From positions 1 through 52,335 of the IMG/VR virus record IMGVR_UViG_3300036851_000202: a stretch of DNA of 52,335 bases; one strand, written 5' to 3'. Origin of the DNA: a virus. Taxonomy: Duplodnaviria > Caudoviricetes. Below the pieces are notes generated by a model. The model did not search any database. It had not been told where the DNA came from and saw nothing but the letters and a program-made list of their open reading frames with translations. Both the position numbers and the translations under genes were made by a program. Of the stretch, positions 1 to 8,507 are shown piece after piece (position 1 is the stretch's first letter; each line of letters starts with the position of its first letter).

Positions 1-127
1 GGCTTCAAGCAAACGGCCAGCCCAGAAAATCGTGTTACGCAAGTCGGGCCCGAGCGGTCGATCCTGCGCCTGCGGAGATTCGATCACTACGCGATAGTCA
101 TGCGTTCTCTTGTCGTCCAGATAGAGC
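1..127. repeat. 127-bp end repeat, left copy (circular assembly overlap)
   Basis: Positions 1-127 are identical to 52209-52335; 127 is a common assembler k-mer size. Confidence 0.95.
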
Positions 128-261
128 ATGTTCCGCGCCTGCGCGTTGGGAATCCACCCGTGGCGGCCGATGCATCCGGCTCGCAGCTCGCAGTAGCCGG
201 TGGATGCCGGGCCGGGATCGACGCCAAGCAGGCACACGTCCTCGAAGTCTTTGGATTTCAT
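1..261 (-). CDS. RuvC-like Holliday junction resolvase, 5' part (continues across the junction to the stop at 51888; about 193 aa)
   Basis: ATG at 261 reads MKSKDFEDVCLLGVDPGPASTGY...YRVVIESPQ, in frame with track ORF 51888..52295. LGVDPG..TGY and VVIE are RuvC-type motifs. Confidence 0.7.
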   Translation of the reverse strand, partial: MKSKDFEDVCLLGVDPGPASTGYCELRAGCIGRHGWIPNAQARNMLYLDDKRTHDYRVVIESPQAQDRPLGPDLRNTIFWAGRLLEA

Positions 262-289
262 GGGTTACTTGGGTTGCAGGTCGCGGGTG

Positions 290-601
290 TCACGTGCGCC
301 TGTTTCGGTCTTTCGCGTAATCGTCGTGGTTCAACTCGACGCCGTATCGCTTCGCCGCGATTTTGATTGGTTGTATGTGGTGCATGTTGTCGCATTCGCG
401 CCACAGCTTAACGATCCGAGCGGCAATTACCTCTTTTGGCTCGTCGATCTCTTCAACAGTGATGCGGTATCGCCGGACGCTGACGATGCCATTGAAGCAA
501 GACGGCTCTTGCTCTCGCCTCCAGTCGTGCGTTTGATAGCTCCAAAGCTTGTAGAATGTTTCGATGACCAGCGGGAATTCTGGTTTACTTTTGGATTTCA
601 T
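290..601 (-). CDS. hypothetical phage protein
   Basis: MKSKSKPEF...; ATGA overlap with the upstream ORF ending at 598. Confidence 0.6.
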   Translation of the reverse strand: MKSKSKPEFPLVIETFYKLWSYQTHDWRREQEPSCFNGIVSVRRYRITVEEIDEPKEVIAARIVKLWRECDNMHHIQPIKIAAKRYGVELNHDDYAKDRNRRT

Positions 602-831
602 GCGATTGCCCTCCGCTGTTTGGCCTTGCGTTCCGCTTCCGCGTCGTCTCTGGCGGCCTGACGAATCCAGGCTGCGCGGTCTGGTGTTAGCTCCATGAAG
701 CACATCATCACATTCAGCTTCTTGTCCTCAAAGTGTTCCACGCACTCGCGTAGCTTGGGCAGCTTGCCGATAACGCGGTGATGCGACTGAATGAACTCCC
801 AGAGGTCGTTGGCTGTGATTGCTTGCGTCAT
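598..831 (-). CDS. hypothetical phage protein
   Basis: 77-aa ORF in the minus-strand operon, coupled to the next gene. Confidence 0.6.
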   Translation of the reverse strand: MTQAITANDLWEFIQSHHRVIGKLPKLRECVEHFEDKKLNVMMCFMELTPDRAAWIRQAARDDAEAERKAKQRRAIA

Positions 832-936
832 GGCGTCACCTTGGGCCGGCTGGGGTTAGGTCGCAGAAGTGCGACTGAAAGCACCTGTTTAGGCCAATAG
901 TGTGATATACTGTACGAATACAAACCGGAGGCTCGA

Positions 937-1338
937 ATGGATGCTTATTGGCAGGCTGCCCTAGCGAACCGCAGCGGCGACAAGATTCGGGATGCTCAGT
1001 TGCGGCGCAAGGCGGCGAAGTCCAAGCCGAAGCCGCCCAAGAGGACGCGCCAGAAGCCGCCAGCGTTCGCCGGGACTTACCGCGAGTACATCGACTCGCC
1101 GCAATGGGCGAAGAAAAAACGGAAGGCCAAGAAGTTCTACGGTGGTAAGTGCTGCCGATGCGGAGCCACGCGAGATTTGCAGGTCCACCATCGCCACTAC
1201 CGGACGCTGTTCCGGGAGTCGATGAAAGACCTTGAAGTCCTTTGTGGAGGATGCCACGCAAACGAACACGAGGGGACGAAGTTTGGTGCAATGGACCCCA
1301 TGACGGCCGAGTTTGTAGCGATGGCACGCGGCATGTAA
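937..1338 (+). CDS. HNH endonuclease
   Basis: CCRCG...LQVHHRHY...LEVLCGGCHANEH motif; GGAGG RBS upstream; TGATATACT extended -10-like element near 903-911. Confidence 0.85.
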   Translation: MDAYWQAALANRSGDKIRDAQLRRKAAKSKPKPPKRTRQKPPAFAGTYREYIDSPQWAKKKRKAKKFYGGKCCRCGATRDLQVHHRHYRTLFRESMKDLEVLCGGCHANEHEGTKFGAMDPMTAEFVAMARGM

Positions 1339-2118
1339 TCATCGAGCACCTCCGGCCAGGACGGCGCCGATCGGGAGGGTGGTCGCCGCCAGAACGTCCT
1401 CAAAGCCCGCCCGGCGGCCGCGTAGGACGGTTCGCAGCCAGCCCGCCGGGTTGTCGATCTTGCCGCCAGTCACGCGGAAGGACTCGATGGCTTGCTCGAG
1501 GTCGTCATCGCTGAGGTCTCGAGACCCGTAGAGCATCGCGACCTTGGCAACCAGCTTGAAACTATCCAGGTTGCCGCAATCAACCCAAACTGCCAGCCTT
1601 TCCGCCATCGCGCGCGCCCGCGTATCCTTCAAGAAAGAGAACTCTCTAGCGCCATTACCATTAACCGAAGGTGAAGCAGAAGATGATGATGAAGATGAAG
1701 GGGTTGGACGGCTGTTCAACCTTCCGCCAGCCTGAAGGTTGGAACTAAGGTTATCCTTCCCGGTCAATGCAGGGTTGCCGCCAAGGTGGCCCCCGGCTGC
1801 TCGAGCTGCTCGTGTCGCCTCATCGGCAACCATCCGTCTCGAGAATACCTCCCCGGCATCCGTCCGGCTGAAAACCTTGGCGCCCTCGAGCTCCGCCAGC
1901 CATGAGGCTGTCTGCCGCGGTGTGGCGCCAACCATCCGGCTAAGGGCTTGCGTCTCGAGGGGGTTCCCCTTGACGTTTAGATGCCCATACGGCTCGCCCT
2001 GGTGCATGATGCAGAGCATGTCCATCCACAGGCCACGGGCGCCGACGGAACAGGTCCGCAACGCAGTATCCCGCAGCCAATCGCCGGGGTAAAACTGAAA
2101 TGAAGGTCGTTTTGCCAC
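1339..2118 (-). CDS. phage replication initiator (lambda O-like position)
   Basis: N-terminal RPSFQFYPGDWL..TALR..S..ARGLWMDMLC, a Ser-rich linker (TPSSSSSSS) and repeated AAGGTT/AACCTT words at about 1718-1790 that resemble iterons. Confidence 0.75.
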   Translation of the reverse strand: MAKRPSFQFYPGDWLRDTALRTCSVGARGLWMDMLCIMHQGEPYGHLNVKGNPLETQALSRMVGATPRQTASWLAELEGAKVFSRTDAGEVFSRRMVADEATRAARAAGGHLGGNPALTGKDNLSSNLQAGGRLNSRPTPSSSSSSSASPSVNGNGAREFSFLKDTRARAMAERLAVWVDCGNLDSFKLVAKVAMLYGSRDLSDDDLEQAIESFRVTGGKIDNPAGWLRTVLRGRRAGFEDVLAATTLPIGAVLAGGAR

Positions 2119-2135
2119 TCTCGGCCAAGCTCCGT

Positions 2136-2393
2136 CTATCCTTGCCGCTGTCGTTCTTTCAGCTTCCAGAACCGCCTTACACGCTGCTGCTCGAGCTTTG
2201 CCGCCTTCCGGTGCTCAAATCGTCGCCGCGTTTCCTCATACTCCCGCCAAAACTCCGCCTTCCGCCGACGGCTTTCCTTTCGGCGCCGGTTGTGGCAGAT
2301 CTTGCAATAAGGCGTGAGTCGATCGGCCGTGTCCCGGTGACTGTAGAAATCACCAGGCGGCTTATCGTGCCCACAGCCTTTGCAGCGTTTCAT
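2136..2393 (-). CDS. small C4 zinc-finger protein (HNH/EndoVII-type N-terminus only)
   Basis: KRCKGCG..KP..DFY......D.L...CKICH; no nuclease domain follows. Confidence 0.55.
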   Translation of the reverse strand: MKRCKGCGHDKPPGDFYSHRDTADRLTPYCKICHNRRRKESRRRKAEFWREYEETRRRFEHRKAAKLEQQRVRRFWKLKERQRQG

Positions 2394-2440
2394 CGGCCTG
2401 TCGTCCTTGTTTCCATGCCGCCAACGATCCTTGCGAGCCC

Positions 2441-2662
2441 CTACGGTGCGTCGGCGAATAGCCGGGGTTGTGATGCCTCAATCGCCCTATCAAGCAGCGC
2501 CAGCTTGTCAGGGCCGCCGGCAACGTCGATGCCGTACAGAACGCCCATCGCCGTGCGCGTGTTCTCAGGCACGTATGGCAAGCGCTCAGCGGCTTCCGCG
2601 AACGAACAGCCACCAGCGATTAGCCGGCGGGCTTCTGTCAGCATGTTGGCAATTTGCGTCAT
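2441..2662 (-). CDS. hypothetical phage protein
   Basis: MTQIANMLTE...; start overlaps the stop of the upstream ORF. Confidence 0.5.
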   Translation of the reverse strand: MTQIANMLTEARRLIAGGCSFAEAAERLPYVPENTRTAMGVLYGIDVAGGPDKLALLDRAIEASQPRLFADAP

Positions 2663-2907
2663 CCGAATAAGCTCGCTTGTCTCACGGGTTCCTTCACACT
2701 CTCCACCGCTACATGCCATTCCCCATCCCGCTCGATGACCTTGCCGGCGAGCGCCAGGCCCAGCAGCGCGTTGGCCAGGTGCGGGAGCTTCTGGGGGAGA
2801 TCGGCTGGCGGTTCACGCAGGCCGGCTAGGGTCAGTTCCGACCACAATTGCGTTGTACTCGCTGGTGCTGTCCCCCGGACGAATTGGAGCAAGGCATCGT
2901 TAGGCAT
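2659..2907 (-). CDS. hypothetical protein (possible winged helix)
   Basis: MPNDALLQF...QASLFG; coupled to neighbours. Confidence 0.5.
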   Translation of the reverse strand: MPNDALLQFVRGTAPASTTQLWSELTLAGLREPPADLPQKLPHLANALLGLALAGKVIERDGEWHVAVESVKEPVRQASLFG

Positions 2908-3172
2908 TGGCAGCCTCCGGTGCGTCTGGCGGAAGGCATCCCGTATGCACGCCGCCGGAAAGCTGCTGGCCATCTTCGATGTACATGCACAGCGAAACAG
3001 AATCACCGTGCGCGAACCGCTTGCCGCATACGCAACAAGTCCGCTTTAGTTCGATCCACAGATAGCCGCTGCCTTTGCTGTCCAGCGATTCCGTGCATAT
3101 CCTGTGTGAAACGATTTGGATTTCCGTTTCGACGGTGATTCGCCTTGACCGCTTTGCTTTGACATGGCTCAT
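2900..3172 (-). CDS. hypothetical Cys-containing protein
   Basis: CCVCG...HTGC; overlaps both flanking genes in operon fashion. Confidence 0.5.
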   Translation of the reverse strand: MSHVKAKRSRRITVETEIQIVSHRICTESLDSKGSGYLWIELKRTCCVCGKRFAHGDSVSLCMYIEDGQQLSGGVHTGCLPPDAPEAANA

Positions 3173-3513
3173 TCATCGCCCTCCTCGTCTTGCCGCTGGG
3201 CAAACACCTTGGACGCCGTATATCGCCGCAACTTGCGCGTGAACTCATCGCCCTCTGCCAGGAACAGCAGATAGCCCACGGGGACGCTGCCGATCTCCTC
3301 GCCTTGATGCTTGCCCCATTGAAGCGTTTGCTTCTCGAATCGTGCGGCCTCGGTTTCGCTCATCGGCTCCATGCGCGGGTCAACGGGCCGTGTCGGCATT
3401 TGGCCTGCCGCATGCGCCGCCAGTAGTTCCCAGAACCGTTGCGGCTTGTCGCCAATGAACGCGATGATTTCTTCCGCGTCCTGACGGGCGGTGATGTTGT
3501 CGGCGATGCTCAT
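3169..3513 (-). CDS. DUF3820-like small protein
   Basis: LQWGKHQGEEIGSVPVGYLLFL matches the FGKHKG..I..VP..YL.W pattern. Confidence 0.55.
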   Translation of the reverse strand: MSIADNITARQDAEEIIAFIGDKPQRFWELLAAHAAGQMPTRPVDPRMEPMSETEAARFEKQTLQWGKHQGEEIGSVPVGYLLFLAEGDEFTRKLRRYTASKVFAQRQDEEGDE

Positions 3514-3541
3514 CCTGCCCTCGCTGTCCGGTTGTGGGGGC

Positions 3542-3817
3542 TTACTCGTCCTCGATCGACGGTGGTTCCGTGTCCACATCCGGGTCAGGCACGTCGCAGC
3601 CCCAGGCATGGGCCGTGCGTTGAAAGCTGGCCATCATCGTGGGAAAGATCGGCTCGTCGGACACGGGTGCCATCGCCCTGAGCGTTGACAGCGCCGCCAC
3701 AAGCGTTTTCTTCGCCGGCTCAGTCAGCGTGCGCGTGACCTTGCCGTTGGCGTCCACATCGACGCTGACGATCTTCCGGGGTGCCTTGGTCTTCGCTTCA
3801 GTTGCCGTCGCTGCCAT
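3542..3817 (-). CDS. hypothetical phage protein
   Basis: MAATATEAK...; AGGAG RBS upstream. Confidence 0.55.
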   Translation of the reverse strand: MAATATEAKTKAPRKIVSVDVDANGKVTRTLTEPAKKTLVAALSTLRAMAPVSDEPIFPTMMASFQRTAHAWGCDVPDPDVDTEPPSIEDE

Positions 3818-4895
3818 TGGATTCGTTCTCCTTGGAAAGGGTGTAAATCGACGCGGGGGCCTTACGTTCCGTCCGCGGCTTGTTCCGGCCGTAGCGAATC
3901 TCGCCATCGACCAAATCGCCGTGCTTGTCCGTGTGAGCCGTGAGGGCTTTCGCGAGCGAGTCCCGCTTGCCGTCGATGACCACGAGTTGCCGCAACGCGC
4001 CTACCGGGTCGCGTGCCACGTCGGCGATCGGTTGACCGGCGGCCGGGCAAATGCAAGCGGCATCGCACTGACCGCACTTCTCGCTCGTTGGCCACGTCGG
4101 CGGCTGGTTATCCGGGTCGTCAATGTCGTATGGCAGCACGCTCGTTAGGTGATGCTGGATCGCCATCCTCACGCGGGCATTGATTCGCGGCAGATCGCGT
4201 GTCCGGTCAAAGACCACTGGATACGTCAGCCGATTCGTGCGCGTGTTCCACACGGAAACCTCTACCGCGTCGATCGTGTCCCAATTCGTCAGGACCAGCA
4301 GCGAGTACATTTGGAACTGGAAATCGTTCGCCACGCTGGCCGCCGTGTGCTGACCGTGGCCGCTCTTGTAGTCGATGTAGTGCAGCAGCTTTGGCGACGG
4401 TCCAGCGTGCAGGAAGTCGAGTTCGCCAGTTGCCTTGACGCCGAGCTCGTTGAAGTCGCAAGCGAGTTGGCCTCCCTTGCCGATATCCTCACCGCCGTCG
4501 AAAGCCAGGATGTTGGACGGGTTCAGATCCTTGAGGTAGCAGGCCCAGGACCAGGCAGAAGCTACCGCCGCGTTGATAACGAGCGGCTGCAAGTCGGGCC
4601 GGCTGGCGTGCAATTCATCCACGAGCATTTGTTTTAGCTGGCCGGCGTAGTAGTCGCCGTTCGTTTCGACATAGGCTCGCGTCACGCGCCCGAAGGCGTC
4701 GTGGACCTCTTGCCCCACGCGAGCGGCTTCGCCGATGTTCAGCTTGCGGGCGTGATAGGCAGCGGCCTTGAACGGGCACGATGCCGCGAGTTGCATGGAG
4801 GTACGGTCAAGCACCTGGAGCGGCGGCTTTAGGTCGATGTCAATGAAGCTGCCGAGCGCTTCCCGCATTGCCTCGGGCGATGGTTTCTTAGGCAT
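3798..4895 (-). CDS. PD-(D/E)XK nuclease (RecB/Cas4-like exonuclease)
   Basis: SCP...G.EVH...GELDFL...IDYKSG...FQFQMY and C-terminal CGQC...CP; adjacent to ERF. Confidence 0.85.
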   Translation of the reverse strand: MPKKPSPEAMREALGSFIDIDLKPPLQVLDRTSMQLAASCPFKAAAYHARKLNIGEAARVGQEVHDAFGRVTRAYVETNGDYYAGQLKQMLVDELHASRPDLQPLVINAAVASAWSWACYLKDLNPSNILAFDGGEDIGKGGQLACDFNELGVKATGELDFLHAGPSPKLLHYIDYKSGHGQHTAASVANDFQFQMYSLLVLTNWDTIDAVEVSVWNTRTNRLTYPVVFDRTRDLPRINARVRMAIQHHLTSVLPYDIDDPDNQPPTWPTSEKCGQCDAACICPAAGQPIADVARDPVGALRQLVVIDGKRDSLAKALTAHTDKHGDLVDGEIRYGRNKPRTERKAPASIYTLSKENESNGSDGN

Positions 4896-5775
4896 TGACG
4901 AACTCCCAGCCTGGGGCGTCCTCGGGATTGCAACCAACGGCTTCGCAGACCTTCACAAAGTCCGCCCGCGTCCAGTTCTGCGCCTTGCTGGCATCGAAGT
5001 CCCGCTTGGCGGCCCAGTTGACGTACGTGTGGAATTTCTTATTCCAGGTCGGTACGTCGGCATCGGCCTGCGGATGATCTGCCCGCCAGTGAGCCAGGGC
5101 AAATGCGCATTGCTCTTTGGTGATTTCAGGCGGCTTCTCCGGCTGACGCTGGCCGCGCGGCGCGGGCTTGGCCGGCGCATTCGGCGATGCCTGCGGGTTG
5201 TCGTAAGCGGGCCGGTTGCCGTCCAAGTCCGTGTCCGCAATCGTCAAGTTGAAGATCCGGCAAATTAGAATCCGCTGACCGTAGGTGCCGGTGCTGATTG
5301 CCCCCTGCACTTCGTTCATACTGCTCTTGCCGCCCTTCGCGCCAGTGCCGTCCACTGGCAGGTCGATGAAGTGCCGCTCCTCGTGGCCCTCGATATGCAG
5401 CACGCGGCAGACGGTTCGCTTCCAACTTTCCCGCGGGCAGTCCTCTTCCGAGAATGACAACGCGAATCCATGCTTGCCGTAGATCGGTTTTGCCTGCGAG
5501 TTGATATGCTCTAGCTTCGCGTAGGTGCTGCGCGTGTGGCTGTTCTCAGACTCGCGGACGATACACGGCATTTCGTTTTGACAATCATTCATAGCCTTGG
5601 CAAATGCCGACTTGGCGCGGTTCGCCTGCCAGCGTTCGTGCAGGTCCGTAAGCGCTGTAAGCTGCTCGGTCGATAGCCCGCGCTCCACCGCAGCCGCCAA
5701 GAGCGACATAGGCGTTGCCGATTCCTCGCGCAAGGCTGGCGTTTCGTACTGGCCAGTTTCGATTTCCGATTCCAT
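4888..5775 (-). CDS. erf: ERF-family single-strand annealing protein
   Basis: YAKLEHI...KHGF..SF...GAISTGTYGQR...IFNL...DTDLDGN. Confidence 0.85.
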   Translation of the reverse strand: MESEIETGQYETPALREESATPMSLLAAAVERGLSTEQLTALTDLHERWQANRAKSAFAKAMNDCQNEMPCIVRESENSHTRSTYAKLEHINSQAKPIYGKHGFALSFSEEDCPRESWKRTVCRVLHIEGHEERHFIDLPVDGTGAKGGKSSMNEVQGAISTGTYGQRILICRIFNLTIADTDLDGNRPAYDNPQASPNAPAKPAPRGQRQPEKPPEITKEQCAFALAHWRADHPQADADVPTWNKKFHTYVNWAAKRDFDASKAQNWTRADFVKVCEAVGCNPEDAPGWEFVNA

Positions 5776-5819
5776 GCTGCCCTCTTGTAAAAGTCCTACC
5801 GCCCGCTCGGGTGTGCCGA

Positions 5820-6050
5820 TCATGGGGCCTCCGGTTTGGTCTGGTTCGTTCGCAAAAGCCGAGCGCGCCACGCCTCCCATTCCTCCGGCGTTTTCAGCCA
5901 CTGCAGCGGGTCGCGATTTGGTCCGTTTGGCAGAGCCAGCGCGATGAGGATTTCCAGCGTCTCGCCGATCGTCAGCTTGCCGGTTTCCCTGCCATCGGTG
6001 CGGACGTTGAAATCGCCGCTGTCGAGAACTTGCACTTCGATAGTTTTCAC
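5820..6050 (-). CDS. hypothetical phage protein
   Basis: GTG start (VKTIEVQV...) within track ORF 5820..6404. Confidence 0.45.
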   Translation of the reverse strand: MKTIEVQVLDSGDFNVRTDGRETGKLTIGETLEILIALALPNGPNRDPLQWLKTPEEWEAWRARLLRTNQTKPEAP

Positions 6051-6076
6051 GCCACAGCCCTTTCCATCCTGGGTGC

Positions 6077-6328
6077 CTAAGACCGATGAGACTTCTGTCC
6101 GCGCATCCACTCCTGCTGCTCCCGCTCGTCCACATGCACGCGGAACGGCCGCGACTCCACGCCTTCCTCCAGGTCGAACAGCGTCACGTTCCCCTGCCCG
6201 TCGTACGTGCGCAGGAATCGCGGATCGTGGCCTACGTGCGGTAGCGGGCGCCGGCCTTGCTGCCATGCTTCGTGGGCCTGGATGTCGGCTTGCTGCTCGG
6301 CGTGAAGGCGGAAGTTGTTGGTGTTCAT
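6077..6328 (-). CDS. hypothetical phage protein
   Basis: MNTNNFRL...; GGAGG RBS; ATGA overlap with the HNH stop. Confidence 0.55.
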   Translation of the reverse strand: MNTNNFRLHAEQQADIQAHEAWQQGRRPLPHVGHDPRFLRTYDGQGNVTLFDLEEGVESRPFRVHVDEREQQEWMRGQKSHRS

Positions 6329-6864
6329 GCGGCCTCCATTCCGTCTGCTTTCCTGTGGCATCGCTTGCAGAGCCAAGTGATGTCGAGTCGGACTTCCAGC
6401 GCATATCCCTTGTGATGATGGGCCTCGACTGGGCCTGCGCACTGGCACAACGAGCACCCGTCCGGGCGAATCAGCCTTCCGCGACGAACCGCTTCCCGCA
6501 CTGCATTACGAGCGAGTATTTTGTCCCTATCACGCTTGTATCGAATCGCTGAGTATCCCTTCCAGGTTCTCTTTACTTTCTTTGGCTTTCGACGCCTGTT
6601 GGTGGAGGTCCACTTGCACCGCGCAGAGCATAAGGACCGCCGTTGGTTTGCAGTCTGGAATATCGCACCGCAGATTGTGCAGCTCTTCTGGATTACTGGT
6701 CCGTTGGCGCGCTGCCTCCTCCCGGCCGCCTTGCGACCAGCGATACCATGCCGCTTCATCTCACCACGGACAATTCTCTCAGTCGTTCCGTGCTTGGCGG
6801 CTATTTCCCTTTGCGTCAGCCCTCCTTCGTAGTCCGCTCGTAATTGCTCAGCAATAAATCTCAT
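6325..6864 (-). CDS. HTH plus HNH-like endonuclease
   Basis: GLTQREIAAKHG (HTH), CTICG...CSARC, then CSLC...VEAHHHKGY...ITWLCKRCH. Confidence 0.7.
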   Translation of the reverse strand: MRFIAEQLRADYEGGLTQREIAAKHGTTERIVRGEMKRHGIAGRKAAGRRQRANGPVIQKSCTICGAIFQTANQRRSLCSARCKWTSTNRRRKPKKVKRTWKGYSAIRYKRDRDKILARNAVREAVRRGRLIRPDGCSLCQCAGPVEAHHHKGYALEVRLDITWLCKRCHRKADGMEAA

Positions 6865-7153
6865 TGGCTTACTCCCGCCGGTGAGGGCTGTTGGGCTGTT
6901 GCTTCTCTGACTGCCTTGGCGATGGCGCGCCCCATTGGGAGCGGCCATTCACCACTGAAGGCAAGCGAAAGGCCATCGGCAACGGCGGCAGAGTAGGTTC
7001 GGGCCGACGTGGCGGAGGTAGTGGCCGACGCGGTTGGTGTGGGCACAGGTGACTTTGGTGTAGAGCTTCATGGGTTTCGCTAGTGATTGGTGGCGGGACC
7101 GACACAGGAGCGACAATGTGTGCCTGGCCGTCACATGCCGGCCCCGCCGTGAT

Positions 7154-7456
7154 TTAGGCCGCGTCTTCTTCGGCGTGGAAGTCAAACTGAAGCTGGTTCT
7201 TCGGCGTCCTCCGCGCTCGAATCGTGTCGATCTTCCGGGCCGGAGTCTTGCGCGTCGTGACCGGCTGGATCACCACGTCATCCGGGTCTTCGGGGTGTGG
7301 CTGAATCGTCAGCTTCAACGTCACTTCCCGCTTGTCGCCAAGGCTCGGGCGCTGCTTGCAGTCGTGAACGGCCGCTTCAAGTTGCTGCTGAAAATCGTCG
7401 GCCAATCCAGGCGACAACTGGTGCAGCGTTTTCAGACTGAGTTCCATCGTTTGCAT
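7154..7456 (-). CDS. hypothetical phage protein
   Basis: 100-aa ORF, AAGGA RBS; DCKQRPSLGDKREVTLKLTI. Confidence 0.65.
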   Translation of the reverse strand: MQTMELSLKTLHQLSPGLADDFQQQLEAAVHDCKQRPSLGDKREVTLKLTIQPHPEDPDDVVIQPVTTRKTPARKIDTIRARRTPKNQLQFDFHAEEDAA

Positions 7457-7562
7457 CGGTCAATCCTTTCGTGAAACAGGTTTCAACGTCGTCTCTGCGT
7501 AATCCGCGCCAGCCCGAGCCCCGCCACAATGGCCGGCACGATCAGGGCTAGGGCGATGAGGT

Positions 7563-7790
7563 TCACTTTCGGTACTCCTGCTCTCTTGCTTCAGCTTCCT
7601 GCCTGACGCGCTGGCTCAATACTGCGGCGTCGTACCAACTGAATGACAACTCGGGGTTGACTGCGAACCTGCCGAGCGTCCGCAGAACCTCTTGCCTGTT
7701 TTCGTCGGTGAACGCGAATGCGTACCTTTCGCTTCCCTTGACCAGAACCAGGAAGTTGATGTACTCGCCGGTTTCAATGCGAATGCTCAT
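7563..7790 (-). CDS. small conserved protein resembling a planctomycete chromosomal hypothetical
   Basis: INFLVLVKGSERY.F.F.DENRQEVLRTLGRFAVNPELSFSWYDAAVLSQRVR; GGAGG RBS. Family recognition is from memory. Confidence 0.6.
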   Translation of the reverse strand: MSIRIETGEYINFLVLVKGSERYAFAFTDENRQEVLRTLGRFAVNPELSFSWYDAAVLSQRVRQEAEAREQEYRK

Positions 7791-7992
7791 ATCCGCCTCT
7801 CCAGCCAAGCGAGTTCGATTCCGATTGCTGCGACCGTGACCAGCCCAACGCAAGCCAGCCACACCTCCCATTGCTCGACCATCTTGCGACTCCTTTCGCG
7901 GGACCACGCCGGTTTGCGTCATGCGCCCCGGCTGATCCGCTCCATCGTGCTGACGGTCCCCGCCAGCCATCCTGGTTCGTCCATGAATCCAA

Positions 7993-8502
7993 CTACTCCG
8001 TGTGTCCAAAACAAAGCTTCTGCCTCGAATATGGTTCCGCCGCTTCTGGCATCCGCTCCGGCCGCATCACGAACGCCAGCAGCCCGCCTTCCGTCTCACC
8101 GTCAGGCTCGAATCCGGCACGCTCGTACGTGTAGCCCCAGTGCTTCACGCCTCTGCGGATAATGGGCGTCACTTCCTCGCGGTCAATGAACGTCACCATG
8201 CCGATTGCTGGCGGCTCCCATTTGCTGCGCGTAACGGCCACGGCCTGACGTATCATGTCGCTCGCGATACCAGGCCCCTCTTTGCGGAAGCAACTGCATA
8301 CCCACGCGCCGGGCCAGCGGTGCTTGACGTATTCGGCGAACGGCCACGAGGACACCCATAAGGCATCGCGGTTGCGGCTCAGCAAAACAATGCAGCGGCC
8401 GGGCGGAACGAATTGCGGCGTCCCCGGCTTCTGGCGGTTGTAGTGCCGGTCGGCAATGGGCAAGGCCCGCTTGTCGGCGCGATGGCTTAGAGTCCAGATC
8501 AT
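7993..8502 (-). CDS. putative GNAT/Mom-like DNA-modification protein
   Basis: ADRHYNR...SDMIRQAV...GMVTFID...GYTYERAGF...G.T follows the Mom/XF1762-like pattern. Confidence 0.5.
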   Translation of the reverse strand: MIWTLSHRADKRALPIADRHYNRQKPGTPQFVPPGRCIVLLSRNRDALWVSSWPFAEYVKHRWPGAWVCSCFRKEGPGIASDMIRQAVAVTRSKWEPPAIGMVTFIDREEVTPIIRRGVKHWGYTYERAGFEPDGETEGGLLAFVMRPERMPEAAEPYSRQKLCFGHTE

Positions 8503-8507
8503 TGCAA

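Noticed and set aside
250-602. Two genes starting MKSK (shared TTTGGATTTCATG near 250 and 590)
   Set aside because: Only 13 bp, and the intervening gene is not a nuclease; may be chance.
908-926. SOS/LexA box upstream of the HNH
   Set aside because: Does not fit CTG-N10-CAG, and the host LexA motif is unknown.
3798-4895. Cas4/CRISPR system
   Set aside because: No repeat-spacer array or other cas genes seen; the position next to ERF fits a recombination exonuclease.
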